NCBI GenBank assembly: GCA_002269645.1
Contig: NIVC01001359.1
Coordinates: 14,624-78,623 of the forward strand
DNA length: 64,000 nucleotides
Reading direction: 5' to 3'
Source: Macrostomum lignano
Lineage: Eukaryota
The translations under genes were made by a program, and so were the position numbers. Shown here one piece after another: positions 61,020 to 64,000 of this stretch (position 1 is the stretch's first letter; every line of letters starts with the position of its first letter). The notes beneath the pieces were generated by a model that worked only from the letters and a program-made list of their open reading frames with translations, did not search any database and was not told the DNA's origin.

Positions 61020-62160
61020 GGAGTCACTTGCGTTGTCCCAGAGTCGTTTCAGATGACATGGGTAAAATTGGAAAGAAGAGACTCCAAACGACTCTAAAAC
61101 GACGAGATGTCACGGTACAAGTCGCCAAAAGTCAGCAAAGAGTTATGCAAGAGTCATTTTAAAGCAGCATTATATTGTCCGCGACTTTGGGGCAACGCAA
61201 GTGACCAGCTGGGACGCTTTTACGACTCTGGGGGCCCCCGTAGAGTCGTATCTAGGGCGAGCTAGAGTCGTTTTAGAATCACTGAGTTGCGTCACATAGT
61301 AAAATAGAATCTTATTTCGCATTTATAACAACTCGATTGTCTATTTAGTGTACTTGACCCGTTAAAACGTTACCATGACAAGAATCGCTAAAGAGTCATT
61401 GCAAACAACTCTCTAGTGACTTTAGTGACTCTGTGGCAACTCTGGTGACTTTTTAACGACTCAAACGACTGCAATGCGACGGAGAGGCGACTTTTGCGTT
61501 AGTTGCAGAACCGTAAAAGTGTTGGCGCTGAACTTTCTCTAGAGATGTGACTCTGATTCATCAAGTGACTCTATAGTGACTCTAGAACGTCTCAAACACG
61601 ACTTTACGGCCCAGAGTCGTTTCAGGGTCGCAGGTAATAAAACGCTCCAAAGCGTTTTATTGGATTGGCGATTCTTGAGCGGCTTGACTTTTTGGCGGCT
61701 TGTACCGTAATATCCTGTCGGTTCAGTCGTTTAGAGTCACTTCTTTCTTATTTTACCTGTGTCATCTGCAACAACTCTGAAACGAATATGGGGCGACGCA
61801 AGTGACTCTGGGCCTAGGTGCTGTTCTCATCGGGTAGGCCAAGAAGCATCCCAGACTCAGTTGCTTCTCCCAGAGTTGTTTCAGAGTCAGTTTGTGCAGA
61901 TAATAGATAAAATAAGAAAAAAGTGACCTCTAGACGACTCTAAAACGACGAGATGTCACGGTACAAGTCGCCAAAAAGTTGTAAAAGAGGCAGTCGCCTA
62001 CGAGTGAGAGTCAATTTGAAGTGTTTTATTGTCTGCGGCTCTGGGTCGACGCAAGTGACCTATGACGCTTTTAAAATGACACTAGGGCCGCAGAGTCTTA
62101 TCTGAGGCGTGCTGGAGTCGCCGTAGAATCACTGAGTTGCGTCACTTAGTAAAATTGAAT
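61020..62160. repeat. Complex GAGTC/GACTC-rich repeat module with direct and inverted copies
   Basis: ACGACTCTAAAACGACGAGATGTCACGGTACAAGTCGCCAAAA occurs near 61088 and 61935; an inverted degenerate copy lies at ~61690-61806. Confidence 0.75.
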
Positions 62161-62400
62161 CGACGTGTAGTGTACTTAAGTCAAACTCTGAAATAACGGC
62201 TCTTGGACGGCTTTTTGCGAATCTTTTACAATTCTGCAACTGGTTTGAGCCTTATCTGTCGCACCACAGTCGTTTGAGTTGTTTGCAGTGACTCTAGCGA
62301 TTCTGGTGACAGTAACCTTTTCAATGTGAAACGTTATGCAGGAAACTATCTTGAAAACCAACTTCTTTTAGCTGTCCAAGAACTCCTAGTAAACATAGCG

Positions 62401-63905
62401 CTAAAAGTCCTTCAGCCTGGCCATATCGGCTCGAAAACCTTCCCAGATCTGTTCGAGCGCGCCAGGCTGCGTCAGAATATCGATGCCAGTCATAGCCAGC
62501 GCCTTGGCCTGAGTCAGGGCGTGCGGCTGAGCAGCTGGGTCGCCAGCCAGCTCAGCAAAATCGCGTGTGTGAATAGCCGCCTGGCCACCAACTGAGAACA
62601 TTGGATGAACTGACGGCACCTCGTAGCTCACGTTGCCCATGTCTGTGGAGCCGATAACCGCATCTGGCTCTGATTCTAGGAAAGGCTCATTCAATCTGAC
62701 CAAGTTCTTCGTGTAAAATTTAATCAAAGACTCGTTGGTTATCAAGTTACTGTATGCGTGTCCGTTTATCTCGGACTGCCAACTGCAGCCAGTGGCGAGA
62801 GCGGCAGCGTCAAAGCAGGCATCCACTTTGCGACGCAAAACGGCGAGTTCTTTGTCTGTTGGAGCGCGGATGTAGTACTCTGCGGGAGAGCAGGTACATC
62901 TGGGATAGGCAAACTTTCGTTTGGAGTGTCTATTTATCTGTTTGGATGATTGATTCGAACTTTAAAACGGCCCTTTTAGGGCTATTATCGCTTTGTGATT
63001 TTAACTCTAAAATGGTCTTTCTGGGACTCTACTTGCTTTGTGATTTTATATGCAAAGTGTAAATAAAAATTCCTAAATGTCGACAACTTCTAGAATGAAA
63101 ACCCTGTAATGACAATCAAACTTAGAGGGGTTGAAAATATATGGTGCGCACTTGAAGCATTTAGTTTTGTAAATCAGGAAAACAGGGACTCTTTTATGTA
63201 CTATGTCCAATGCATCTTGATGAGTCACCTGGTAAGACATTGACCGCGAGAGAGTGGCAACAGGTCAATTCCGCTGTGAAAGACTAACCGCCCTGATCTG
63301 AGGTAGAAATACAATGGGGCGCTTTTATACAAGACCTACAAATCGCATCGCCGAAAGTTAAATTAGAACGGTCAATTCACAAGACCTAACATTCACAGAA
63401 CCTAAATTTCATAGACGCAAAACTTGACAGGACCTAAACTTCAGAGAAACTAAACTTCATAAGACCTAAACTTTAAAGGACCTAAATTTCACGAGACCTA
63501 TACATCACAGGACTTAGGATTCACATGGCTTGCTTTTTCTACTATTAGTAGGCATGTTAGGATTCGACAAAAATCAAAGGGACATGACTTATTTTTAAAC
63601 CGGATCATCGCGTACCCAGCACAGCTCGCTCAGGATGATGTTGGGGCCGCTGGCCGCCCTCCTTCACGATGCCGTGCACCGCCAGTCCGGCCGCATCTCT
63701 TGCCGGCAGGTTCGACACGCTTTGGTAGGCCGTCACGGCCGCGTCAAGGGCGTTGAGGCCCTCCCAGGGCGAGCCGGCAGCGTGGGACGCCTTGCCGGTG
63801 AAGGTGACGTCGAATGCCTGATGCTAAGCGCACGGCGGACGAGCCACAGTCAGCTTGTAGGGGTGCGCCATCATTGCGACGTCCACATCGGTGAAGAATG
63901 CCGAT
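62401..63905 (-). pseudogene. PM20D2: PM20D2 paralogue A, 3' part (5' exons beyond the window); disrupted penultimate exon, so pseudogene or consensus error
   Basis: Last exon 62879-62401 is open (EYYIRAPTDKEL...GSTDMGNVSYEVPSVHP). Exon 63905-63616 is near-identical to B/C but lacks single bases in GGG and CCC runs and has a stop/frameshift near 63820. Confidence 0.7.
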
Positions 63906-64000
63906 CTGCACAGTGTTAAGCGGCGTGTGACATGCGCTTCTTACTACTGAACTGTACGAGTAAAGACATCTCTGTGCTTTAAGGAATGTAGGACTATCAA

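Overview
Eukaryotic (metazoan) genomic DNA with GT-AG spliced genes, GC-rich exons and introns mostly filled by minisatellites. This architecture suggests a free-living flatworm such as Macrostomum (inference only). Ten genes were modelled by hand from splice sites and phase. On +: a FAAH/amidase-like protein with apparently dead catalytic motifs (2262-5253), LSM11 (8336-9067, 5' end unresolved) and ADP-ribosylarginine hydrolase (9950-13896). On -: centlein (16560-27552) and a WIP/verprolin (29298-31235). On +: two uncharacterised low-complexity genes with degenerate KH-like segments and several frameshifts (37841-43893, 46762-50861). On -: three tandem PM20D2/M20D peptidase paralogues (54985-57160, 57783-59064, and a disrupted copy at 62401-63905 running off the window). 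Mobile DNA includes two CORE-type SINE copies, a truncated RTE/L2-like LINE fragment, a Tc1/mariner relic with a related MITE, a TTAA piggyBac-like MITE, a Harbinger-like inverted-repeat element, a foldback-like pair of arrays and a 60-bp-arm hairpin. Most long ORFs in the supplied track are artefacts of stop-free repeats. No CRISPR array, rRNA or intact tRNA was found.
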